The notes beneath the pieces were generated by a model, which ran no database searches, had not been told where the DNA came from, and saw only the letters and a program-made list of their open reading frames with translations. A stretch of 62,860 nucleotides of DNA, counting the filler, from Asterionella formosa (taxonomy: Eukaryota): the NCBI GenBank assembly GCA_002256025.1. It is 24 parts of 24 records of this genome, joined end to end, with 100 filler letters (N's around TTAATTAATTAA, not from the genome) between each part and the next. Parts side by side here need not be neighbours in the genome. Positions count along the whole stretch, not along the records: positions 1 to 25,261 come from NKIB01002017.1; positions 25,362 to 26,899 come from NKIB01002019.1; positions 27,000 to 28,537 come from NKIB01002020.1; positions 28,638 to 30,175 come from NKIB01002021.1; positions 30,276 to 31,812 come from NKIB01002022.1; positions 31,913 to 33,449 come from NKIB01002023.1; positions 33,550 to 35,085 come from NKIB01002024.1; 17 more parts are not named here. One strand, written 5' to 3'. Positions 24,895 through 35,185 of the stretch are shown in pieces. Every line of letters begins with the position of its first letter. Positions within the stretch are counted from its first letter, which is position 1. Made by a program: the position numbers and the translations under genes.

Positions 24895-25140
24895 ATTCTA
24901 CCAAAGTAGTATTTTTCTGTAGGGCTCCGGTAGTGTTCTACTCTGGACAGGTCAATACTGTCCGGTACCCCTCCCTTGCTTGACCGTGGTGAAAATATGG
25001 TATAGAGAAAGGCAAAAATTCTACCCAGTAGTACTGGGGGTAGAATTTTTTTTCACATTTTGGTAGAATATTCTACCAACGGACCAATGGAACCCTGCAG
25101 TATGCCATGGTATTGTCCAAGAAATTCTACCACAATACAA
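24895..25140. repeat. Cluster of ATTCTACCA motifs in both orientations (element subterminal repeats); related cluster at 55628-55850
   Basis: TTCTACC/GGTAGAA occurs at least 6 times here and several times at 55628-55850. Confidence 0.55.
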
Positions 25141-25261
25141 CATGGTATGAAATGGGATTGAAGTAAAAAATTAAACTAAATATCAACATGGCGACAATGC
25201 CAACAAGAAGAGTAAATGAACCTACACAATCCCCTGTTTACAAGAGTGTCCTAATTGCTAT

Positions 25262-25361
25262 NNNNNNNNNNNNNNNNNNNNNNNNNNNNNNNNNNNNNNN
25301 NNNNNTTAATTAATTAANNNNNNNNNNNNNNNNNNNNNNNNNNNNNNNNNNNNNNNNNNNN
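25262..25361. other. First of 23 artificial 100-bp contig spacers (N-TTAATTAATTAA-N, stops in all six frames)
   Basis: Identical spacer every 1631-1638 bp to the window end; intervening contigs are 1538 down to 1531 bp. Confidence 0.97.
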
Positions 25362-26399
25362 GCCAATCATAATTTTGGTTGAGGGCGGGCTATCATTGCT
25401 GCTTGCTGAGCTAGGGTGTTGTGCTGGTCTGGTGTGTGTGGTGATTGTGATACATATATGAAATGATGTATAATGTATATAATGACTTCTAGTATCATCA
25501 GTCTCTATTTATATATTAGAAAGTCTGCAGAAAAAGGGATTGAAGAAATCCCTTGCGAATCAGGGATCTAAATGTTGAGGCTCTGTGCCAAAGCTTTTTC
25601 ATAGTAGTATCAGTATAAAAAATATACGAAAGCAAACTAGCTAGAGTTGCCTTGAGATATTTTATGGACTAGTGAAAGAAGGTGGCTACACATATCGTTT
25701 GGGAACCAAGAGTGTATGTATTCATACATATGAGAAACCCCTCCTGTCATTTCTAGATACAAAGTACCTGTATATATAGGGCCACTTGAAAATACATAGA
25801 TTTCACCATTTAGGTTCATTACCTTAGGGCTGATTAAAAAAATATTTCTGATAACAGCTTTTTCTGATAAACAAACCTTGTGATAAGATGTCAAAAAGTA
25901 TCCGAGCATCTTTGACATAAGATGAATGTTATTTGATCGCTGTGGCTCCTGATTTTTAACCTATGCATGAATGGGTTGCACTTCAGGAATTTCGTTGTCT
26001 ATCGAACATTTATAATTAATATATACCATGCATAGCAGGTTCCTTTTCTTCCTTTGCCAGACTCTTTCATACAACATGATAATCGCAAAAATTTTATTAA
26101 TCCGTCAGCTTGCATCCTGCAACAGAAGTACTAGGTCTTTATACATTCTGCAAGCTTGCTTATTTTTCCAGCTGGTTAAATTATGATTGATTTTTTACAA
26201 AATACCATGTCCTGTATGGATAAATCAGTGTTTTCTGCATGTCATTGATTTCTATAATGATTTGGAACATTTACATAATGGGTTCTTGTTATACTTTGAT
26301 GCACCCATCAAGGATTTTTTACACATTGAACTATAAAGATACGGAAAGCTGCTGTTATGGCTGTTAGTATGGCTGAAACAAATTTATTTAAGCGCAAGT

Positions 26400-26670
26400 A
26401 ATGAAGCGTAATTCCAAATGAAATGGTCTGTTGAAGAAACTGACTCATGGGAATATCAATAAACTCCAACTGGCCTCTTACTTTGGTCTTCAAAATAACA
26501 AAGGATTTAAAATGGAACTGGTCCATTTGTCTGGTTACCTATACATCAACAAGCTTTAGAAGCAATAAAAGCATTGTTAGCTGCAGATAGACTGATGGGT
26601 TATCCTGATCATAATTTTTTATTTCCATATTTTTACTGAGGTGCGAACCGGAGTTACCAAATTTGGTCAA
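26400..26670 (+). mobile_element. Gypsy RT/RNase H linker remnant
   Basis: QQALEAIKALLAADRLMGYPDHN..F, homologous to the region near 10200. Confidence 0.6.
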
Positions 26671-27107
26671 CGCTTACACAAATTTTTAACAGTTAGAAAT
26701 AATAATGCATTAAATAAAATTATTTTGGTTCATGTGTGACTACATGTAATTTGCCGGAATATTTCAAGACTTGCTTGCTCATACCCAAAATGGCCTGCTC
26801 TCAGCAAAAAAGGTATGCATAATTACAATACAGTACATGTCAATCTTCCAAAAGGTATTTAACTCAAAGGGATACCTTCATCTTTTTTTGTTGAACTGTN
26901 NNNNNNNNNNNNNNNNNNNNNNNNNNNNNNNNNNNNNNNNNNNTTAATTAATTAANNNNNNNNNNNNNNNNNNNNNNNNNNNNNNNNNNNNNNNNNNNNC
27001 ATGATGCTCCATACATGATACCGGTACCTGGTACCAGGAACCAGGTACAATAGATGTACAGTACCTGGAGTATCAGTTTTGTGCACAGCCATGAGTACAT
27101 CTTAATT

Positions 27108-27147
27108 GGTACCAGGTACCAGGTACCAGGTACCAGGTACCAGGTAC
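27108..27147. repeat. (GGTACCA)n heptamer microsatellite
   Basis: About 5.7 perfect copies; degenerate clusters elsewhere in the window. Confidence 0.95.
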
Positions 27148-27377
27148 TCCGTACCAATTAAAACGGTCTGCTTACATAGATACTGGTATTACACGGCTGG
27201 ACCGGGTTTCATCGATTTTTATTTACTGAATTATTGTTGACAAGGTTATGGATAAGACACAAAATGCGAGAAATTTATATTCATTGTTGAGATAATCCGT
27301 GCTTTTCACTTTTTTTTCCTATCGCCACTTTTGACCTAAATTAACGAAAGATCGACGTCCAATCGGTTGAGAACTAA

Positions 27378-28537
27378 GAGCATCGCCACCGCATCGACCA
27401 AATACCAATCCAATTGAAGTTGCGGGTCATTACACGTCATGATGCGTTGTGTTGGTCGAAAAAGCAAAAATATTTTAGCCACTGCATCGACCAAGACCAA
27501 ATATGCTTTGGTCTCGATCGAGGATGACCCCCTTATCGACCAAATATCAGGTATTTGGTCGATTAGACTCCGACCATAGCCAAATAAAAGGAGTATTTCT
27601 ATTGGTTTAGATTGTGGCTCGCGCCAGCAACCTAACGTTTATAGTTCAATGAGTGCATACATAATTACAGTACATTCACTATTGTCTCTTCATGTACTAG
27701 AACTCTATAGGCCAATGTGATCTTGGTGTGGTGTATACATCATATTGAGTCAACATCATAAAACAACAATCATCATTGTCAGGATGGGTTCCGGTGTCAC
27801 GTGGGAGAAGGAAGAGGACGAAGCACTCTCTCGGGCCTGGGTAGCTGCAAGTGAAGACGCAATCACTGGGACTGGTCAGAAAGCAAGCAAGTTTTGGAGC
27901 AGGGTATTCGAGATTTATGTTGAGCTTATCCCAGATGGGAAGGATCGCACCTCAACAGCGTGCACTGCTCGATGGGGAACAATCAATCAAGATGTGACAA
28001 AGTTTTGCGGCCTCTATTCACAGGTTACGTCCATTGCTAAGTCAGGATGGACAGACGACAACTATCTTGAAGAAGCCAGGGAACTATTTAAATTAGAGGG
28101 AAAAGGAAGGAAAATGGGTAGAGAATTCCTGTTCGAAGGGTGTTGGCGAATTTTGAAGGATGCCCCAAAGTGGAAGGGTGGGTGTGGATATGTCCGAGAT
28201 CAGCAGCAAATCGCAAAGAAGAGTCCTGAGTTACTAGATGTGCGTCCCATGGGGACGAAAGCAGCAAAAGATAGTAAGCTGCTCGCAAATGCTCAGCTTG
28301 TCATTGAACAAAAACACGTGCAGATGTTGGAAAGAAAGGTGAAGACGCAACGTGATGAATTTTTGTTTAAGATTTTCTCTCTTAATATTAATTCAGAGGA
28401 AGCTAAAAGGTGGTTTGCTATGAAGGCTCAAGAAGCTATGGAGGAGATGGAGGATAGTTCAAAACCATCACGCAAAAAAACAAAGACCGGTTCTTTGGAG
28501 TCAGGCAGTTCAGTTGAAATAGATATTTCAACTTCTC
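27378..28537 (+). mobile_element. PIF/Harbinger transposon end with Myb/SANT (NAM-associated) gene, CDS 27784 to contig end
   Basis: TAA then GAGCATCGCCA TIR-like start; subterminal CGACCAA repeats; protein W..EEDEALSRAW..ASED.I.GTGQK..KFW.R, RW..I..DV.KF, F.FE.CWRILKD.PKW, RPMG.KAAK. Confidence 0.8.
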
Positions 28538-28689
28538 NNNNNNNNNNNNNNNNNNNNNNNNNNNNNNNNNNNNNNNNNNNNTTAATTAATTAANNNNNNN
28601 NNNNNNNNNNNNNNNNNNNNNNNNNNNNNNNNNNNNNGCCAGTTAAATTCATAAAAGCAATATTATGATAACTACCGGGTAGGTATGCC

Positions 28690-29040
28690 AGAACATATGG
28701 TGTTCTGTTGCTCGCTTATTACTCCGACTATTGGTTTTTTGTTTTACGATCATACAATCCTGGAACTATGATGATTTACTGTCCCACGGTAGTAGCAACA
28801 ATCCTGAATATATGGTGTTCTATTGGTTTTTAGTTTTATGATCATACGATCCGAAAAATATGATGATTTACTGTCCCGCTGCAATAGCAGTAGTCATAGA
28901 CATTTCGTGTTCTATTGGTTTTTAGTTTTACGATCATACGATCCTAAAACTATGATGATTTACTGTCCCACTGCAGTAGCAACAGTCCTGAACATATGGT
29001 GTTCTGTTGTTAGTTTACCGGTACTACTCCGACTACCCCC
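28690..29040. repeat. ~88-bp minisatellite array (about 3.5 units); same unit at 31648-31812
   Basis: Unit ATGGTGTTCTATTGGTTTTTAGTTTTACGATCATAC(A/G)ATCCTAAAACTATGATGATTTACTGTCCC..G.AGTAGCA.CA.TC. Confidence 0.9.
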
Positions 29041-29458
29041 AGTATATCACTTACTACCTGCTACTGGTACCCTGTATGTATAAATGATACATTGTTATTG
29101 TCATATGATGTACCGTTACACATGAAGAGCTCCCGCCCAAAAAAGGGGCATTTGAACGGTCTAAATAATTAGTTTCGACGGACGTAGAAAATATCGATGC
29201 AAACAAATTTCAGAAACAATTCCGCTACACGTAGTCGTGGAAAACAATGGACATCTAGTGCATTGAGTATTTTCGAATTATGTATATGCGAGTATGGCCA
29301 TCTCAACCATATCAGATGTTCCATATCGAGAGCGCCTTTGAATTTTATAAAATGTATTACGCTATATATATATATATTTACAAATTTTATTACTATATTC
29401 ATGGCATATATATTTTTCAAATCGTTCTGTCACGTTAACAATCAATGCTTGCTGCTTC

Positions 29459-30175
29459 ATGAAAAGATACGTCGTAGTAAAGGACATGACAAGCAAAGAA
29501 AGTTTACGCAATAAATAACGAAAAACATTGTGACTTCGAAACATTGCGCCTTCGAAGGATGGAGAATGTTTAAGGTAATGAAGCCATCAATGTGGTACTT
29601 GGATGACAATCGTTGAGAGGCAGGCAGCACAACAACAAATTGTTAACTAAACGCAGCCACATTTCCTTTTTTCTCAGTTGATTCAACAGCTCGTTTCGCT
29701 TGTTGGGGAGCACCAATGTAAAACAAAACCAAACCAAATTGCGTAAGTGCTCTTGTCGCTCTTTGGACCTATTCACTTCTGTTGGAACAACGCTGACAAA
29801 ACGTTTACCTTCTCTCAAAGTTAAGATGACAAAAATGTACCGGTAAGTTTTATTCAACAACATTGGATACCTGAAACTTACTTATGCATCAGTTGCATTG
29901 TGTTGTGGTAAGTGAAGCAAGAGGATACGATGGAATTGCGTGTCGTTGTTTCAATGTAACATGACTACTTGCTAACAAATCATTCCTTCTCATTGTTTCT
30001 GTAACTGCATAGGTTGCTGCAATGTCAATTGAATCCTCGACTCAAATGAAAGAACTCTGCAATACATTTGAATGGTGAGTTTGTTCTTGTTGTGTACTTA
30101 AATGCTAGTATGGCTTGTCAGCTCACGCATTGTTGTTGACAACAGGCAGGGACAATGAGGTCCGGAATGAACTGT
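29459..30175 (+). pseudogene. Micro-exon orphan gene, 5' part; exons 29459-29574, 29690-29742, 29826-29842, 29893-29907, 30013-30074, 30150-contig end
   Basis: Donors GTAATG, GTAAGT x3 and GTGAGT with AG acceptors give one frame: MKRYVVVKDMTSKESLRNK*RKTL*LRNIAPSKDGECLSSFRLLGSTNVKQNQTKLHDKNVPLHCVVVAAMSIESSTQMKELCNTFEWDNEVRNEL. Both stops can be explained by C-to-T changes. Confidence 0.6.
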
Positions 30176-30275
30176 NNNNNNNNNNNNNNNNNNNNNNNNN
30201 NNNNNNNNNNNNNNNNNNNTTAATTAATTAANNNNNNNNNNNNNNNNNNNNNNNNNNNNNNNNNNNNNNNNNNNN

Positions 30276-31044
30276 CCACCAGTGATTAGGGTACGAAACG
30301 ACCTGGGGAAGGCAAAAACTCCAAGTACCGCTAGTATCCCTCCCACAGCCTCATCAATTAGCGATCTTTCGGGCACTTCACCAGCAACTGAAAGAAGCAG
30401 CATTCCCTTAAGAAATCCAATTCGTGTTGATGGTTCTTTCCCACGGCCACCCAATGTGGCCTCGCTACCAACAAGGGAAGGAAATGTGACACCATCAGAA
30501 AATGAACTTAATGGAATGTCAGGAAGTTCTATTAAAAGCTTATCGAATCGCTCACAAAGTTCGACTAAAACACCAACTACTTTGAACCAGGTGCAAGTTA
30601 ACTGGAAATCATCGTTGGACAAGGATTTTATGAATTGTAAGCGCCAAGGGATGGCTATTCTGGTTATGGAAGCCATGACAAAACGTAAGGAACGTCATTA
30701 CCTGACAGTTCCCAAAGAACACCAAGAGATGTTAAAGGCAAACAACAACTATAAAGCATTCTACCAGATGACTATGGAGGATCTCCATGACAGTGACATT
30801 CCTGAGTATAGGCGACTCGATAAAAAAAGATTCAAGAAATATTTCATTGAGTGCTATGCTGAGACATCGGGCAATTTCTCTGCTTAATATAAGGGAACGA
30901 GCTTGCCATACTGAGGAGCTGAACAGAAGATATGCTGCTGCAAGAGAAGAAAATGTTCATCTACCTTATGAACATTACCTTACTACGGGTAGTAGTGTTC
31001 GGAGAAATATGATGCAGTTTGAAGGAGAAATGGAAGAGATCTAA
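30276..31044 (+). CDS. 3' part of unknown Ser/Pro-rich protein with one frameshift near 30880
   Basis: Open from contig start to 30887, continued by the overlapping frame ending 31044; no family recognised. Confidence 0.45.
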
Positions 31045-31257
31045 CCGTAACACATTTACCTAGCTGTTAGTAAATGATAACTAATTTCGTATCTATGAAA
31101 CAATGCATTTGCATAGGCTGTTATTTCTATATATATCCAACGTCTGCGCGTCCTGCCAATATCTACTCATTACCTCAATCGTTTCGACTGGTGGCATCGA
31201 GTAAAACATTTGCGAGAACAAATGGATCGATGGGATATTGATCACAAACAGGAAGAA

Positions 31258-31595
31258 ACATTCATGACAACCATGTCAGATCCGTTCCATTGCAAATCTT
31301 CCTTCAATAGGTCAAACTCGTCATCCTTGAGCTTGCCTTCCAGTGGCATAGTAGGACTGAAGCGCGTCCAGAAAGATACGCTCCTTTTCGGCTACTGTGA
31401 GACGAATGAGTTCCCCACTTTCCGGATCGACGACACAGTATTCCTCGTCAGGAATGCATTCTTCTTCCTGCAAGTTAGTCTCAAAGAATCGTCTTGACTT
31501 GGCGTCGTAAGCGATTTCTCTCGTTCCGCTCGTAATGGTGATCTTTTCGTCGCTTCCTTCTTCGGCCATTAAAAGTGGACCAGCAACACGACCAG
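31258..31595 (-). pseudogene. PGRL1: Truncated, frameshifted PGR5-like 1 fragment
   Basis: EECIPDEEYCVVD..LIRLTVAEKERIFLDALQSYYATGRQ, then after a frameshift LKDDEFDLLKEDLQWNGSDMVVMN; resembles the PGRL1 FL.ALQ.FY..G....EFD.LKE.L.W.GS motif. Confidence 0.8.
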
Positions 31596-31912
31596 CTGTT
31601 GTCGTTGTCTTCCTTAAAGTTCGATGATCTTAAATTCATTTACCGGTACTGTCCCGCTGTAGTAGCAGCAGTCATAGACATATGTATATGGTGTTCTATT
31701 TATACAATCCTAAAACTATGATGACTTACTATGGTGTTCTATTGCTTGCTTATTACTCCGACTACCGGTACCGCTTTTCAGTTTCACGATCATACAATCC
31801 TAAAACTATGATNNNNNNNNNNNNNNNNNNNNNNNNNNNNNNNNNNNNNNNNNNNNTTAATTAATTAANNNNNNNNNNNNNNNNNNNNNNNNNNNNNNNN
31901 NNNNNNNNNNNN

Positions 31913-33449
31913 GGGGTTCCGCGCTGGCTGAAACGCTATGCGCTCCCCCATGCACCGGTGTCTATTGTGGAGAGGTACTTGGGTGCTGGATGGCAGAGCC
32001 TGGAACCAAAGGTACTGGCTGAGGTAGTGAAAGCATGCATCTTGGAGAGAGAGTGTGGGATCCGACGGAACTTGACTCGTCCGTCGGGGGCCCGCACAGT
32101 GTGGTATGAGGGAGCCGGATTTGACAAGCATCCACTCACACGGTCACGTGTGGGGGGCAGTCCCAAAGACCAAGCAGGACTGGCTTTGATAGTTCGGTGT
32201 CGGATTGGGGCATTTGTAACTGTCCCCACCTTGGTGGGGTGGAAGCGAATGCCTCATAGGTATTTGAGGAAGTGTCCATTTTGTGGTATGGAGGAACCAG
32301 AAACGCTGGAACACTTAGTGTTCACGTGTGGTCGGTGGCGTGGTCTACGCACCGAGCCACACATGGCAGAATTGATCGCGAAAGTTCGGACGTTAGGGCC
32401 GAATTTCGCCCTCGGTTTTGACCAACAACGGTTGGCATGGCTCCTCGGAGGGAGTTGTGATAACCGCTGGGTACATGGATGGATGGTGGGTGAACCAACC
32501 GGAGTCACAGCACAGCAAAATTGTGACTCTTCGGTTGACAGCTCATCATCCGATGGGGACGGTAGCCAGATGGAACGGAACCCGGCAGGGGCCACCACCC
32601 TTGCCAGGTTCCTGATGAGCGTTGTTAGCCTTCGTGCTAACATAATCAGGTCCCGTTGGGGGTCTTACGCAAGTGAGGCATTTGACGGGGTCCCACACAC
32701 CTCCACGGGCCAACGCCCCGACGGGTAGGGCAGACCGCGTACTGGTCAAGACTGGGGCTGCACACAGGTTTTTAGTGAGTGAAAGTCTCACACTACCTCG
32801 CCCAGGTGAGAGGGGCGGGGTGCCTCACCGGACACTGGGACATGATTGGATGACGGGGTGCCTCAAACACATTCCTGAACACGTGAGCTGGTGGGAGGAG
32901 TTCGAATCCTCCCATGATGCCCCCCAAGCACCCCACAACGATGGGGCAGGCGGGCAAAGCGGCCGGATAGGTTTTCTCCTGGCGCCTTGGAACAGCCAAA
33001 AAAAAAAAAAAAAAACTTGGCTGTAGTTCTATTACAGAAAAAAATCCGGGTTTCTTCATGTGCAGCGACCCCTCCCCTGGCCAGGAGGGCAGGGGATGTG
33101 CCATCAGTAGGCCTGTGGAAGGAGGCACGGATGTTGCCAATGTGTGCCTTGGCAGGTGAACGTGGTTAAACTATCTCACCGAAATGTGGCAAAACTAGGT
33201 GGGTGGGATAGGATTCTTGATGCTATGGGTGGCATGCACTGGAGTTCTGTCTCCTACCCCACTCCCACCCGAGTATTCACTATCATGACTACTCGCGGGA
33301 CCTCTCTCTAAGCCTGGCAGGTCGAGATGCGGTTCCGGGCACGGGGAGACCAAAAAAGTGCCGAAACAAACACGTGCTTCGACAAATTATAGGAATCGAC
33401 GGAGTGTCGTTCCACCCGCAGCTCCTCGGGGGCTGAACCAAGAAATTGG
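31913..33449 (+). mobile_element. Non-LTR retrotransposon 3' end: C-terminal CCHC domain (to 32728) and long GC-rich downstream region
   Basis: CPFCGMEEPETLEHLVFTCGRW zinc finger typical of LINE ORF2; frame open from contig start; A-tract at about 32998-33015. Confidence 0.8.
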
Positions 33450-33867
33450 NNNNNNNNNNNNNNNNNNNNNNNNNNNNNNNNNNNNNNNNNNNNTTAATTA
33501 ATTAANNNNNNNNNNNNNNNNNNNNNNNNNNNNNNNNNNNNNNNNNNNNATGTACATTATTCAATATTACGTATCATACTTTGGTGATGTATGCATCGAT
33601 GTAACCTTATCATGATATCACAGTATCATCTTATCAATCATGATGAGATGATTGGGAAGCAACTGTATTCTGCATCATGCTACAGGTTATATTATTATAT
33701 CACGCAATTTAGTAGCGAAGTCACTCCGCCTGTAATGTACTAAAGTCGACAGTGCACATACCGGTACTCACACGCTAATCAGGTTTGAGGCAACGGACAG
33801 TGGTTCGAACGAGCGAATGATATTCCCCAGGTACCAGTTGAAGTATCTAACTAGAAGTAGTAGTATT

Positions 33868-35085
33868 TGTTGAATATATGAGCTTATTAATTAATCCTTA
33901 TGTATAACTCATTTCCTGAACTGACATCAAAGTATAGAATGGGTGTTAGTCGAGTTCTCTCATTATTGAATTCCGATATATTTGACATAACCCCAACTCT
34001 ATATATATCTGTATCGATGTGCAGGATTGCTCACTCTCCCACACTTGAGGGAAAACCTTTTACCTATGAAAAGGTTTGATACGACGAATATTAATTCGTT
34101 CGGTAATATACATAGTGCGTTGAAAAGTAACTGTACCATTGGCATGTACTTGAATAATAGTATAAGGACCTCGTCCACGATCATCCAAAGTAGTAGGATT
34201 ATCCAATAATATTAAAATCTCGTCACCCACTTTGTAATCATAAGATCGACGACGGAAATTTGCACGACGTAAACGTTCGTCAATTATTACCTGTCGACGT
34301 TGATGTATTAATTGTAAATCTGTAATCAAAGGAATATTTAATATCATATCACGTTGGAAAACCCATGCTCCTGGTGAAATACGTAATATACTATGAATAG
34401 TAGCTCGAGCTGCATATGACGCAGCTGCAAAACATGTATCCACAATATTTTGGGCTTGAAATTCATTGATTGGAGGATGAGCCTTTAACATAACTCGTAG
34501 ACTATTGCTGATAGATTGATGGAAACGTTCACAGATAGCATTTGCTTGTGGATTCTTTACTGTGGTAGTCACATCTTTGATTCCATTCAATACTAACATG
34601 TGTAAGAAAGGAGCACCAGTAAATTCACCTCCATTGTCATGTATACAACGTTCTGGACGGGGATATCTGGCTAACCAATCATTTTCAAATTTCATTGCAA
34701 TATATTCTGATGTTTTATTGATGATACGTGAAATTTCTGCTAAATTGGTGACTGTGTCAATACAAGTTAGAGCACGAAATTCAATCGTTTGAGCAGCCAC
34801 TGTTATCTTCCATGGACCAATTAGATCTACTGCGACTTCTGACCATGGTAATAATAATGCATTCCTGGGTGGAAGTTCACCAAAACCAGTACCAGGTAAT
34901 TTTGTACGTTGACATGCTTCACATACTCTTACAATATGTTCCACTCTTGTTTTTAATATAGGGTGATAAAAATGTGTAGCAATTGTAGCATTTAATCTTG
35001 TCATACCCACATGAGCTAACATCTGATGATACCAATTAATAATAGGATCCAATAATGATGTAGGAATAGCAATACGCCAAGTATC
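33868..35085 (-). mobile_element. Ty3/gypsy integrase (intact frame 34060-35085), PPT and probable 3' LTR (about 33868-34033)
   Basis: WYHQMLAH.G..CEACQ (H2C2), AVDLIGPW, IHDNGGEF, NPQANAICER; GGGAGAG then TGAG...CAACA. Confidence 0.92.
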
Positions 35086-35185
35086 NNNNNNNNNNNNNNN
35101 NNNNNNNNNNNNNNNNNNNNNNNNNNNNNTTAATTAATTAANNNNNNNNNNNNNNNNNNNNNNNNNNNNNNNNNNNNNNNNNNNN

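Noticed and set aside
25306..25317. TTAATTAATTAA palindrome recurring every ~1635 bp
   Set aside because: Assembly spacer embedded in Ns; not biological periodicity.
26948..27157. ORFs with WYLVPGT repeats (also 46145-46480 and 53692-53904)
   Set aside because: Translation of the GGTACCW heptamer repeat.
28690..29040. CRISPR-like appearance of the repeat array
   Set aside because: Units are contiguous degenerate tandem copies without unique spacers; no cas genes; eukaryotic context.
30176..30275. Joining the micro-exon gene to ORF 30282-30887 across the gap
   Set aside because: Contigs are ordered by size, so adjacency is not evidence of linkage.
32840..32915. tRNA gene
   Set aside because: Only a T-arm/B-box-like hairpin; no cloverleaf or clear A box.
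33335..33370. Hammerhead-like stem followed by GAAAC
   Set aside because: No CTGANGA core upstream of the stem.
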